64,000 nt of DNA from a virus (taxonomy: Duplodnaviria > Caudoviricetes), in the IMG/VR virus record IMGVR_UViG_3300031992_000040, positions 1-64,000 of that record; one strand, written 5' to 3'. Positions 17,846 through 27,437 of this stretch are shown piece after piece (position 1 is the stretch's first letter; every line of letters begins with the position of its first letter). A program made the translations under genes and the position numbers. The notes beneath the pieces were generated by a model that saw nothing but the letters and a program-made list of their open reading frames with translations, was not told where the DNA came from and did not search any database.

Positions 17846-19310
17846 GAAAATTTCTTTTGAAGTTGAAGGATTCGATGTCATTGATGATTATTCTGATAAT
17901 CAGTTGGCTATTGTAGAAATATATGTTTGCCACGATGGAAACAATTTGCACGATATGCCTATTGATTTAAGTGTCATTAAGAAAGCAAAAAAGACTTTAA
18001 AGAATAAGTTTTTGGTTGCGGGTTTTGATGGCAAAGATTTCGAAGGACACGAACCCGATGAACAAATTGTTGGATTTTTCCCAGAAAGTTCTGAAATGAA
18101 GTTCAGGAAGAAAAATGGGAAAACCTATCTCGTTGCTCAAGCAATAATGTCAAAAGTTTATGCAAAATGGGCTTATGATGTATTTGTTGAGGATGAGGAT
18201 AATGAAAGAGCCGTTTCAATGGAGATTACAGTTTTGGAAACTTCTATAGAAGAAGATGGTTTAGAACATATTACTAAATTTATTTTTAATGGTGTAACTT
18301 TATTGGGTGAAGCTCATTTACCTGCCTGTGAAGGTGCGAACGCATCTATAATCAAGTTTAGTAAGGAAAATGCGTTACAAGTTTACAGCAAGCGTCTAAA
18401 AGAATCTGACAAAATTAAAAAAGATTTTGTTAAAGATATGAAGCTTGCAGAAATTTCGAGAAAGGAGGAGAGTGAGAAGATGGACGAAAAAGAAAAAGTT
18501 GTTGAAGCAGAAGAAACAAAAATCGATGAACAACCTGTCGTTGAAGAATCTGTTAATGAAGAAGTTGCTACAGAAGAAAAAAATGAAGAAGTAGCTACTG
18601 AAGAAAAGACAGAAGGAAACTTCGAACAAAAATCTGAATCTGATGACAAAACTTATATGGAAGAAGACGAAGAGGATTCTGACGAAGAGAAGAAAGAAGA
18701 TGAAGAGGAAAAAGAAGAAGAAAAAGAAGACGATGGAGAAGAAAAGAATTTTGAATCTTTAACTGTTGAACAAAAATACGAAGTATTCCGCTCTGCCGTT
18801 AGAGACTCTCTTGGTGGTTGTGGATATTTAGAATCATTTGACGATGAATATTTATATATCTATGATTATTGCGAAGGTTACACTTACAAATATGCTTATA
18901 CTCTTGATGGTGTTACTTGCACAATAGACGAAAATTCAAAAGCTAGAGTTATGCGTGGCGGATATGTAGATTTCGAAGCATATGAAGAAGAAAACAACGA
19001 AGTTGAGGCTCTAAAAACCGAAAACTGTGAGCTAAAAGAAAAGCTTGCTGCCTATGAAGCAGATGTAAAAAATAAATCTGTTGAGGCAATCCTTTCAAGC
19101 GTTATAGATGTTCTACCATCTGAACGCATAGCTGAACTTCGTGAAGAAGCAGCTAATTATTCATTAGATAATTTATCTGCATTTGAAAATGAAGTAAAAG
19201 CTACTGCTTTCGAAGCTGTTGCTGATAAAGTAAATAGCAAAAAATACAGTTTTACAAAAATGACTGTAAATGAGGAAGTAACAAAAAAATCATCTAAATA
19301 CGGATGGTAA
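17838..19310 (+). CDS. Prohead protease-scaffold fusion (YonD-like)
   Basis: N-terminal FEGHE...VSMEI...GVTLLG..PA protease-like motifs, long acidic linker, C-terminal coiled coil. Confidence 0.75.
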   Translation: MDKKISFEVEGFDVIDDYSDNQLAIVEIYVCHDGNNLHDMPIDLSVIKKAKKTLKNKFLVAGFDGKDFEGHEPDEQIVGFFPESSEMKFRKKNGKTYLVAQAIMSKVYAKWAYDVFVEDEDNERAVSMEITVLETSIEEDGLEHITKFIFNGVTLLGEAHLPACEGANASIIKFSKENALQVYSKRLKESDKIKKDFVKDMKLAEISRKEESEKMDEKEKVVEAEETKIDEQPVVEESVNEEVATEEKNEEVATEEKTEGNFEQKSESDDKTYMEEDEEDSDEEKKEDEEEKEEEKEDDGEEKNFESLTVEQKYEVFRSAVRDSLGGCGYLESFDDEYLYIYDYCEGYTYKYAYTLDGVTCTIDENSKARVMRGGYVDFEAYEEENNEVEALKTENCELKEKLAAYEADVKNKSVEAILSSVIDVLPSERIAELREEAANYSLDNLSAFENEVKATAFEAVADKVNSKKYSFTKMTVNEEVTKKSSKYGW

Positions 19311-19352
19311 TAAAAAAATAAAATTATAAAGAATAAAGAGGAGGAAAAAACA

Positions 19353-19889
19353 ATGGCAAAAACAATTTTAATTCCAACTTTAACTGCTGCTAAAAATATA
19401 GATAGCTTAAATAGAAGCTTTATAGCTGAAGTAGATTTGGATAATGGAAATGTATTTGGAAAAGGAGACCTTTCAACTGATACTGACAAAACTCAAGTAT
19501 ATGAAGTTGAAACTCCAGCAACAGGAGCATTAACTGGATTATATATGGCATTTAGTCCAGAAGATGTTGTTTTAACAGATGATTTAGGAAATCAATATAA
19601 AGTAGGAACACTAGACCCAAGAGCATTCACTAACAAGGCTGGTGTTGTATTTAGTGGATTTAAACCACAAGCAGGAGATTTAGTATTAATGTCTGCTGAC
19701 GGAATTGATGGAGAAGCTGCTGATTATGCTGTAGCTGCTGATGGAGAAAACAAATTAGCATTTGCTGATGCAGCAATCGAAGGTCTATCATTCAAAGTTA
19801 TTGAAACTACTTATATTTCTGTAGCAAGTGCAAGCAACATAGGAACACAAAGAGTGCCTGCTTACTTACTAGAATGTGTAGCAAACTAA
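19353..19889 (+). CDS. Head decoration protein (YonC-like)
   Basis: 178 aa, DLDNGNV motif, lies between scaffold and MCP, highly biased codons. Confidence 0.65.
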   Translation: MAKTILIPTLTAAKNIDSLNRSFIAEVDLDNGNVFGKGDLSTDTDKTQVYEVETPATGALTGLYMAFSPEDVVLTDDLGNQYKVGTLDPRAFTNKAGVVFSGFKPQAGDLVLMSADGIDGEAADYAVAADGENKLAFADAAIEGLSFKVIETTYISVASASNIGTQRVPAYLLECVAN

Positions 19890-19930
19890 TTTAATAAAAA
19901 AAATAAAGAATAAAGAGGAGGAAAAGAAAG

Positions 19931-21025
19931 ATGACAAAATTACCTAATAATGTGTTAGCTTTCACTGCTGGTAATGCTGAAAGACAAGAAGGATACACAA
20001 ATTTTGTAGAATATTATAGTCTATACAAAGAAGGAAAAACTCATAATGAAAATGGTGTAAGTTTTTCTGAAATGAACAATAAAATGTTAACATTCTTTTC
20101 TGATGAAATAGCAAGATTATCAGGAAAAAAACAATCAGATGTTAACGATTTAGCAACTTATTGCAATTTTAGCGATGTTAAAGAAGCAGCTTTTGCTGTT
20201 ATCGGTATGTTAACAGACCTAATCATTCCAGATGCTTTAATTAAAGACCTAGGAATAATTGCTGAAATCAAAAATGGTGGATGGGGAGATAGCTTAAAAG
20301 TTGACCTTAAACCAAGAGATTTATTCATAGTTTCTAAAGGTGGACGTGCTCGTAGAACTTATGATATAACTAGACAATTCAAAGGAGAAAAGACAATAGT
20401 TCCAGAAGTAAGAGGAATCACTGTTGGTATATCTTTATATGATGTATTAAAAGGAACTTATTCATTAGCTGAATTTGTTTCAAAAGCAGTATTATCTATT
20501 GAAACTGAAATGAGATATGATATTTATGATGCTTTTGCAACTGCTATGAATAACCTTCCAAATACTCCAGGAGCAAATCAATTAAGAATCTCTGGATGGT
20601 CTCAAGCTACTGCTATCGCTTTAGCTCAAAAAGTTCAAGCTTGGAATAATGGGGCTAAACCAGTATTCTTAGGAACTAAATTAGCTCTATCTAATATACT
20701 TCCTGCATCAACTAATACAAGAATATTACTTGGTGATGAATATGTTAGAGTTGGATATTTAAGAGATTTCATGGGAATTTCTTGTGTTGAACTTGAACAA
20801 GTTGCTGACTACAAAACTGAATTTGCAGTTAAATTAGCTGATAACAGAATTTATGTAATCTGCCCAGGAACTGACAAATTAGTTAAAGTATTCATTGAAG
20901 GTTCTACATTATCTAATATTGATAATACTTATGCTAATGCTAACCTTCAACAAACAGCTACATTATATAAATCTTATGGTGTAGGTGCTATTAGCTCAGC
21001 TTTAGCTGGTGTTATTGAAATATAA
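19931..21025 (+). CDS. Major capsid protein
   Basis: 364 aa, strong RBS and codon bias, followed by a terminator; position in the head module. Confidence 0.8.
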   Translation: MTKLPNNVLAFTAGNAERQEGYTNFVEYYSLYKEGKTHNENGVSFSEMNNKMLTFFSDEIARLSGKKQSDVNDLATYCNFSDVKEAAFAVIGMLTDLIIPDALIKDLGIIAEIKNGGWGDSLKVDLKPRDLFIVSKGGRARRTYDITRQFKGEKTIVPEVRGITVGISLYDVLKGTYSLAEFVSKAVLSIETEMRYDIYDAFATAMNNLPNTPGANQLRISGWSQATAIALAQKVQAWNNGAKPVFLGTKLALSNILPASTNTRILLGDEYVRVGYLRDFMGISCVELEQVADYKTEFAVKLADNRIYVICPGTDKLVKVFIEGSTLSNIDNTYANANLQQTATLYKSYGVGAISSALAGVIEI

Positions 21026-21036
21026 TAAATAAGATG

Positions 21037-21062
21037 AAGAGGGGCTTTATGCCTCTCTTTAT
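21037..21062 (+). terminator. Terminator after MCP
   Basis: AAGAGGGGC-tttat-GCCTCTCTTT. Confidence 0.75.
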
Positions 21063-21098
21063 TTTTAATTTTAGGAAAACGAGGAGAGATGATAAATA

Positions 21099-21716
21099 AT
21101 GACTACTACTACCACTAAAAAGAAAAGTAATAATAGTGACAGTAAAAGAATAAAAGAAATGGAAAAAACAATTTCTGATTTAACTGCTATGGTTCAGATG
21201 TTGATGAAAAATGGGGCAAGCGCTGCTCCCGTAAATGATGCTGATAGGGATGTAACATTTATATCTTTATGTAATCATATATTAAACCTATCTACTGAGC
21301 CTTATGGTCAAGGAACCGTTTATACGTTTAATGAGTTCGGAGAGGAACAGCCAATACCTTATTCTGATGCCAGAAAAATTATAAGGAACAATAAGAACTT
21401 TATAAAAGGTGGAAAGTGTTATATTGCCGATGACGATATAATTAAGGCTGAACATTTAACTAATGATTATAAAAAAATCTTGAGTAAAAATGAACTTTTA
21501 GAATTATTAAGTATGAATAAAGATAAGTTTAAATCTATTTTTGATGCTTTGACTGATACGCAAAAAGAGATTTTTAGAGATATTCTAATTGAAAAGCTTA
21601 ATGTGAACAAAAATAGTGTTGATATGAATATTGTTCAGTATGTTAATGAATCGCTAAATATCGATATTTTAGAAAGCGTTAAATTTGGCAAGGAGTTGTT
21701 GACCGACATAAATTAA
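21099..21716 (+). CDS. Head-module protein (YonA-like)
   Basis: FNEFGEEQPIPYSD; synteny. Confidence 0.6.
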   Translation: MTTTTTKKKSNNSDSKRIKEMEKTISDLTAMVQMLMKNGASAAPVNDADRDVTFISLCNHILNLSTEPYGQGTVYTFNEFGEEQPIPYSDARKIIRNNKNFIKGGKCYIADDDIIKAEHLTNDYKKILSKNELLELLSMNKDKFKSIFDALTDTQKEIFRDILIEKLNVNKNSVDMNIVQYVNESLNIDILESVKFGKELLTDIN

Positions 21717-21728
21717 AGGAGGTTGAAA

Positions 21729-22184
21729 ATGACAACCTATGACGAAATATTAGATTTGGCATTGGTTTCTATTGAAGATTATAGACTGAATAAGCTTTCT
21801 GCTCAATCGCCTACAGAATTTAAATTAATTCTCCAAGGATTTATGATAAGAGGTCTGTCTAATTTTTATAATTGTGTTAAAAATTTGTCTGACAGAAATG
21901 ATGAGACTCAACAATTCAATATGGTTCTTGATGATTTAGAAAAATCTATCATAGCGGATTGGACTGTTATTATGTGGTTAGATAAAGAGATAAATGACAC
22001 TCGTCAAATAACTGCTATGCTACAAAATAGAAATGAAGCACACAGATATTCTGAAGCTAATAATCTAAAAGCAAAAGCAGACCATAGAGTGCAGATGGTC
22101 GAAGACGTAAAGCATAAACAAACACTTTATTCTTTCGAACATAACAACTGGAAAGGGTGGGCGAGTGGCGATTATGAATTATAA
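21729..22184 (+). CDS. Putative head-tail adaptor
   Basis: MTTYDEI...YSEANNL pattern; synteny; AAAGGAGGT RBS. Confidence 0.55.
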   Translation: MTTYDEILDLALVSIEDYRLNKLSAQSPTEFKLILQGFMIRGLSNFYNCVKNLSDRNDETQQFNMVLDDLEKSIIADWTVIMWLDKEINDTRQITAMLQNRNEAHRYSEANNLKAKADHRVQMVEDVKHKQTLYSFEHNNWKGWASGDYEL

Positions 22185-22533
22185 TAATTTTCAATTAGAC
22201 GATAACGCTACTGTTCAGTCATTAAAAATTTTAATAAATCAATGTTGGAAGACATTGCCTATATTTGAAGGAAAAAATAAAGAAAATAAAATAGTTTATT
22301 CTCGTGAAGAGGCATACGAGAATTATCAAAAACATTTGTGCTTTCTTATTACAAAGGTTTCTGGGGCTAGTAAAATGTGGCAAGATAATCAATATTATGT
22401 TGAATTGCTTTATATTTTATCTGGTATGAGAGATTTTAAAGAAGATGAGCACGACAGAGTTAAATATATTGTGCATCATTGCACTAAATTAATCAATAAT
22501 ATGATAGAGGTAATTTTAGGGGATGGCGCTTAA
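22165..22533 (+). CDS. Hypothetical virion-module protein
   Basis: Overlaps both neighbours in the operon. Confidence 0.6.
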   Translation: MAIMNYNNFQLDDNATVQSLKILINQCWKTLPIFEGKNKENKIVYSREEAYENYQKHLCFLITKVSGASKMWQDNQYYVELLYILSGMRDFKEDEHDRVKYIVHHCTKLINNMIEVILGDGA

Positions 22534-23812
22534 TTATTATGCTGCTTATAATGCAGTTAGGACTGAACACCCAAAAGCTTCTTATTATGAAGACTATGAT
22601 GCCATTTTAGATTTTAGCTTTGATAATGCCTCAAATGTTGTTTATGATGAAGTGGAATATGAACAAACTTATGGGGAAAACGATTTTAAAACTATAGGAA
22701 GAGTTCGTGTAGATACAATTTTGGATTTTAATACTGGTATAATTCTTGGTGATGATTATAAGATGCTTTTATTCCCACCAGAATTTAAGGTAGAACCATA
22801 TTACGGTATGAAATTCCGTTGGAAAGGAAGTTATTGGCTTGTCATTAACACCAATTCTTATGGAAGTTTACAAAATACCGCTGAAATTAGACGCTGTAAT
22901 AATGTTTTAAGATTTTTTGGTAAAAAAGGTGAAAGACTTTATGAACCTTGTATTCTTGATTACACATTAAGATTTGCTAACAACGAGGACACAAAAACCA
23001 TTATTGTTGGTAATGGAGAACAAAAGGTTTGGTGTCAAAGAAATAAAAGAACTACATTATTGAGACCCAATGATAGATTTTTATTTGGGCCTCCAGAACA
23101 GAGGGTCGCTTTTAGAATATATGGAGGAGGAACTAAGAATTATCTTAATTCCGTTACTGATGATGACAATTCTCCAACTCTTACTGAATTTTATGTTGAC
23201 CATTATGAAGTCAATCCTTTATTTGATGATTTTGAAAATGGTTTTGCAGATGCATATTTAAATGAGGTAAGAATTAATATTGATAACGATATTAATAAGA
23301 TAAATGTTGGAGATAAAATAAAATTACAGGCCTCTGTGTTTAAGGGTGAAATGGAGATAAATTTTGAAGATATTGAATGGACATCTTCTGATGAAGAAAT
23401 AATTTCTATTGAAGATGGATATGCTATTGGAATTGGTGTTGGAAAAGCTTCTATTATTGCTTCTATATTTGATGCTACAATAACGAGTAAAACAGAAATA
23501 GAAGTAACTGATGATGAAGTAGAAGATTATTATGAGATAATTATTAATCCAGATATCAATTATGTTTTACAGGATGAAAGTCAAATATTTGAAGTCTATT
23601 TATATAAAAATGGAAATAAACAAGATAATATATTTGATTTTTCAGATATTTCTGAGGGAGTTCCTGCTAACAATTATGAATTAATAGATGTTAATAATAA
23701 TTCATTCACTTTAAAAAATAATAAAATGTTTATGAAAAATCCTGTAGTTATAAGATGTTCTTGTGATTATGGAAGTATAGACTTTGAGATTATGTTAAGA
23801 GGTGTTTATTAA
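22523..23812 (+). CDS. Putative head-closure protein with Ig-like (Big_2) domain
   Basis: WLVI...IRRCNN; VGDKIKLQA...WTSSDEEIISIEDG...GVGKASIIAS. Confidence 0.6.
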   Translation: MALNYYAAYNAVRTEHPKASYYEDYDAILDFSFDNASNVVYDEVEYEQTYGENDFKTIGRVRVDTILDFNTGIILGDDYKMLLFPPEFKVEPYYGMKFRWKGSYWLVINTNSYGSLQNTAEIRRCNNVLRFFGKKGERLYEPCILDYTLRFANNEDTKTIIVGNGEQKVWCQRNKRTTLLRPNDRFLFGPPEQRVAFRIYGGGTKNYLNSVTDDDNSPTLTEFYVDHYEVNPLFDDFENGFADAYLNEVRINIDNDINKINVGDKIKLQASVFKGEMEINFEDIEWTSSDEEIISIEDGYAIGIGVGKASIIASIFDATITSKTEIEVTDDEVEDYYEIIINPDINYVLQDESQIFEVYLYKNGNKQDNIFDFSDISEGVPANNYELIDVNNNSFTLKNNKMFMKNPVVIRCSCDYGSIDFEIMLRGVY

Positions 23813-24360
23813 TGGAAGACGTTAGACCATATGCTGATTATGCGGTTATGCCGGACATATCTTACAGAATTGTTGAAAAACTTATTGAAGACCCAAAAGC
23901 AGAATTAATGTGGAAACTTTTAAAATATGATGATGCCAATGCTTATAAAAAGCCAAATCTTACAAAAAAAGAAAAGGCTGCTCTTATATATGATGGTAAT
24001 GAAGCTATACATACAAAGGCTCGTGTATTTTTTGATTATATGCTTGATGATGCAGAAGACCAAATGAATACTTTATTGAGAATATATCCTGCTGAAGTTT
24101 ATCCTAGAAATAGGACTACTGGGATTTGCACAATAAATATGGAGGTTTTTGCGCATTCAAAGATAGACCATTTAACTAATTATAGAACTAGGGTTGATAC
24201 TATAATTCAAATTCTTCTTGATGTTCTTAATGGAACTGATGTGGGAGGAGTTGGAGTTATGTTCTTTGATAATCAGGCTAGTAGATATGATAAAATTACT
24301 ATTATAGGACAAAAACCATATAAAGGGAAACTTCTTAAAATGAGCGTTAATTTGGGATAA
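23812..24360 (+). CDS. Putative tail terminator/neck protein
   Basis: Synteny; TAATG coupling. Confidence 0.5.
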   Translation: MEDVRPYADYAVMPDISYRIVEKLIEDPKAELMWKLLKYDDANAYKKPNLTKKEKAALIYDGNEAIHTKARVFFDYMLDDAEDQMNTLLRIYPAEVYPRNRTTGICTINMEVFAHSKIDHLTNYRTRVDTIIQILLDVLNGTDVGGVGVMFFDNQASRYDKITIIGQKPYKGKLLKMSVNLG

Positions 24361-24364
24361 TTAG

Positions 24365-25120
24365 ATGATAGAAAATATGGAGAAATTGTATTTCGATAAG
24401 CCCATTTCATATAAGGAATTGAATATATATCCAGTTAAGATGAAAGACTACTTGGAATTTCATTGGTTAGTTAACTGTTTATTAGTTGATAAAAATAGTA
24501 TTCCTGATGCTAGGGTTATAAGTATGACATATCTTCGTTTTTTGTATTTTATGGCAGAAGCGGAGGAAATGCCTTATATTTATATGATAAAAAAACTTTT
24601 ATGCATGGTTTTACATTTTGATTTTAAGGAAGATATAAAATTCTATGTTGATGAAAAAGACAGGGCTTTTTTTAAAATAAAGAATGTTGAATATAGTGCT
24701 TCTGATTTTGATGCTATTGCAAAAATAATTATGGAGCAAAATTGTATAAAACCAATAGATGAAACGATTCAAAAGGAAATTAGGGATGCATTAGATAAAG
24801 CCGAGGAATATAGAATGAAACAAAATCATCGAAAAATGTGCTCTTTAGAAGAACAAATGATTTGTGTTTTGATTTCTACATCTTTAAAACTCGAAGATAT
24901 TTATGAACTTACTATAAGGAAGTTTGAAAAAATATTGGAGAGGGTCGATGCTAAAATGCATTATGAGATTTATCTTAGTGCTTCTATGTCTGGTTTTGTA
25001 ACATTTGAAGATAAAAATGCCATTAAACATTGGATGTCTGATTTAACAAAAGAAGATGAATATGAAGACGTTAAGGTTGATATGGAAGCTATGCATAAAA
25101 AGGTCGGGGATACAAAATAA
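24365..25120 (+). CDS. Tail-module protein (YomV-like, possible assembly chaperone)
   Basis: IMEQN...IYELTIRKF...IKHW; immediately before the tail tube. Confidence 0.5.
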   Translation: MIENMEKLYFDKPISYKELNIYPVKMKDYLEFHWLVNCLLVDKNSIPDARVISMTYLRFLYFMAEAEEMPYIYMIKKLLCMVLHFDFKEDIKFYVDEKDRAFFKIKNVEYSASDFDAIAKIIMEQNCIKPIDETIQKEIRDALDKAEEYRMKQNHRKMCSLEEQMICVLISTSLKLEDIYELTIRKFEKILERVDAKMHYEIYLSASMSGFVTFEDKNAIKHWMSDLTKEDEYEDVKVDMEAMHKKVGDTK

Positions 25121-25153
25121 TAATTAAATTTAGATTTATAAGGAGGAAAAAAA

Positions 25154-26188
25154 ATGAAGAAGTTTTTAGTTAGCACAGCAGATGCTTATGCATATGACTC
25201 AAATGATAACTTATTATTTGTAGGTAAAACTTTACTAGATAGTTCTATTGAAACAACTCTATCAAATACTGATGTAAGAGCTGGTAAAGGAAACCAATTA
25301 CAATATGTTTACTATCATACTGCTGAAATGAACATTACTATTAATGAAGCACAATTTTCATTAGAGTTCTTAGCACTTAATACTGGTTCATCTATTACAA
25401 CTGGTGCAAGAGCTTGGGATGAAGAAACTATTGCTGTAACAAATGGTCAAGGAACTATTTCTGGAACTCCATTAGCTGTTCAAACAACAACTATTTATGG
25501 TTGGGTAACATTAAAAGATGGAACAGTAGAAAGAGTTGAATTTAATGGAAGTAGTTTTGAATTAAGTGACCCAACTTATAACGGAGATGTTTGTGTAAGA
25601 TATTACAAACAAGCTGATGGTGCTCGTCAAATTACTGTATATGCTGATATGTTACCAGCCGTTATAAGACTTGTATTGGTTGGAACTTTAGCAAGTTCTG
25701 ATTCAACTACAAACCAAATAGGAACAGTTCAAATCGAAGTTCCAAGAGCATCAATGACTGGTGCATTTACATTATCAATGACACCAGATTCAGTTGCTCA
25801 AACTCCACTTTCTGTAAGAGCATTAGCTACAACAGAAGCTAAAGGTGGATGTTCTGGTGCTAGACCAATTTATGCTACAATAACTGAAATTATATCTGAA
25901 GCAAATTGGTATGATAATGTTATTGGTTTATCAATTAAAGATGGTGACTTTGATTTAGCTGCTGAAGCTACAAAGACTCTATCTGTATTTGCTATCAGAA
26001 ATGATGGTTCTGCTGCTTTCTTAGCTCCATTATCAGGAATTACATTTGCTTCTAGTGATAATACTAAGGCTACTGTATCAGAAGCTGGTGTTGTAACAGG
26101 TGTAGCTGCTGGAACAGCAACTATTAAGGCTACAATCACTGATAAACCAGAAATAGATGCAAACGTAATTGTAACTGTTACTGCTTAA
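25154..26188 (+). CDS. Major tail tube protein with C-terminal Big_2 domain
   Basis: Strong RBS and codon bias; TFASSDNTKATVSEAGVVTGVAAGTATIKAT. Confidence 0.8.
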   Translation: MKKFLVSTADAYAYDSNDNLLFVGKTLLDSSIETTLSNTDVRAGKGNQLQYVYYHTAEMNITINEAQFSLEFLALNTGSSITTGARAWDEETIAVTNGQGTISGTPLAVQTTTIYGWVTLKDGTVERVEFNGSSFELSDPTYNGDVCVRYYKQADGARQITVYADMLPAVIRLVLVGTLASSDSTTNQIGTVQIEVPRASMTGAFTLSMTPDSVAQTPLSVRALATTEAKGGCSGARPIYATITEIISEANWYDNVIGLSIKDGDFDLAAEATKTLSVFAIRNDGSAAFLAPLSGITFASSDNTKATVSEAGVVTGVAAGTATIKATITDKPEIDANVIVTVTA

Positions 26189-26190
26189 TA

Positions 26191-26394
26191 ATGTATTGTA
26201 AATATAGCAAATATATAGTTAAAAACGTGTGGGAACAATATTTGGATTGTTCCCTTACACGTTGTCGTTGCACAAAACAAAAATTTTGTAATAAAAGAAA
26301 TAAGGTTGTGCAAACGGATGATTGGCAGCAATGCCCAAAATTAGTAAGAGAGGAGGGTTTAAATGCCAAGAAAATTACTAAAGAGGAAGGCTAA
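26191..26394 (+). CDS. Small Cys-rich protein
   Basis: Six Cys in 67 aa; follows the tail tube. Confidence 0.55.
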   Translation: MYCKYSKYIVKNVWEQYLDCSLTRCRCTKQKFCNKRNKVVQTDDWQQCPKLVREEGLNAKKITKEEG

Positions 26395-26695
26395 GGAAGA
26401 AAAGGTTATTGAACCTGAAATTATAGATGAAGCAAAAACAGAGGAAGAAGGAATTATTCAAGAAGAAAAAATCATAAAAGAAGATTTTATTCCAGAAGAA
26501 GAATTTTCTGAAGAAGATGTTATAGTTGAAGAACCTATTGAAGAAATAAAAGAAGAACCTTTAGACCTTGGTGAACCTTCTATATGCAGAGTTCTTTTTG
26601 CAACACCAACTCGTTTTAAAATATTAAAAAATGGTGTTGTTTATGAAATAAAAGAAAAAAATAGTTTTGTAAGAGGAGAAGAAATCATTAGATAA
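26363..26695 (+). CDS. Acidic low-complexity hypothetical protein
   Basis: GAGGAGGG RBS; Glu-rich centre. Confidence 0.65.
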   Translation: MPRKLLKRKAKEEKVIEPEIIDEAKTEEEGIIQEEKIIKEDFIPEEEFSEEDVIVEEPIEEIKEEPLDLGEPSICRVLFATPTRFKILKNGVVYEIKEKNSFVRGEEIIR

Positions 26696-26711
26696 TTCTC
26701 TTTTTTTTTAT

Positions 26712-26759
26712 GTAGAGTGATAAGTTCTTCGTTGGGTGCAAATCCCGGGCTCTATACCA
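26712..26759 (+). ncRNA. tRNA-like element: acceptor stem + T arm + CCA, no D or anticodon arm
   Basis: GTAGAGT-13 nt-TTGGG TGCAAAT CCCGG-GCTCTAT-A-CCA. Confidence 0.6.
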
Positions 26760-26791
26760 TTTAGAATATAAAAAATAGGGGAGGGTGTCAA

Positions 26792-27421
26792 ATGAACTGG
26801 GGTTCTATAATAGACAAATTAGAAGTTATTGGAACAGCATTTGGTGCCGCAATTTTTACTGGATATGTAGCTTACAAAACATTTAATTCAAAACTTGAAG
26901 AGTGGAGCAGAAATGAAAAAGGGAATGTTTCAAAAAATATAACGAAACAATCTAAATTGGACGAACAAATATTAAGAGAGGCGGAAAAATTAAAAGAGCT
27001 TTCTGGGGCTGATAGGATTCATGTTCACGAATTTCACAATGGAGTGCATTATGCCAATGGAAGAAGCGCTTTAAAGACTTCTTGCACTTATGAAGTTTGT
27101 AGATATGGAATTTCGCCTTGTTCAAATTTATTCTCTGATATTCCACTAAGTGTTATTTCAAAGTTTATAAATTCTCTTTTGGATGAAGGAGAACTATTTG
27201 TTAAAAACATCGAGGAAATAAAAGAATTAATGCCGTCTACATATAGTCTAAAAAAATCTATAGGAGTTATGTCTTTTTATGATGTGGTTATTTATAATGA
27301 TAAAAATGAGCCTGTAGGTTTTGTTGGAGTGCAATTTTGTGGCGAAAATAAAAAGAAAATTGATAAAGATTCAATAAAAAAATTTGCTTGGTTTGTTGAA
27401 AGTAAATTGTCCGAAATGTAA
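26792..27421 (+). CDS. Membrane-anchored GAF-like protein (T4 holin T-like architecture)
   Basis: N-terminal TM, then ADRIHVHEFHNG...SCTYEV...PVGFVGVQF. Confidence 0.55.
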   Translation: MNWGSIIDKLEVIGTAFGAAIFTGYVAYKTFNSKLEEWSRNEKGNVSKNITKQSKLDEQILREAEKLKELSGADRIHVHEFHNGVHYANGRSALKTSCTYEVCRYGISPCSNLFSDIPLSVISKFINSLLDEGELFVKNIEEIKELMPSTYSLKKSIGVMSFYDVVIYNDKNEPVGFVGVQFCGENKKKIDKDSIKKFAWFVESKLSEM

Positions 27422-27437
27422 TTAATGGAGGAACGAG

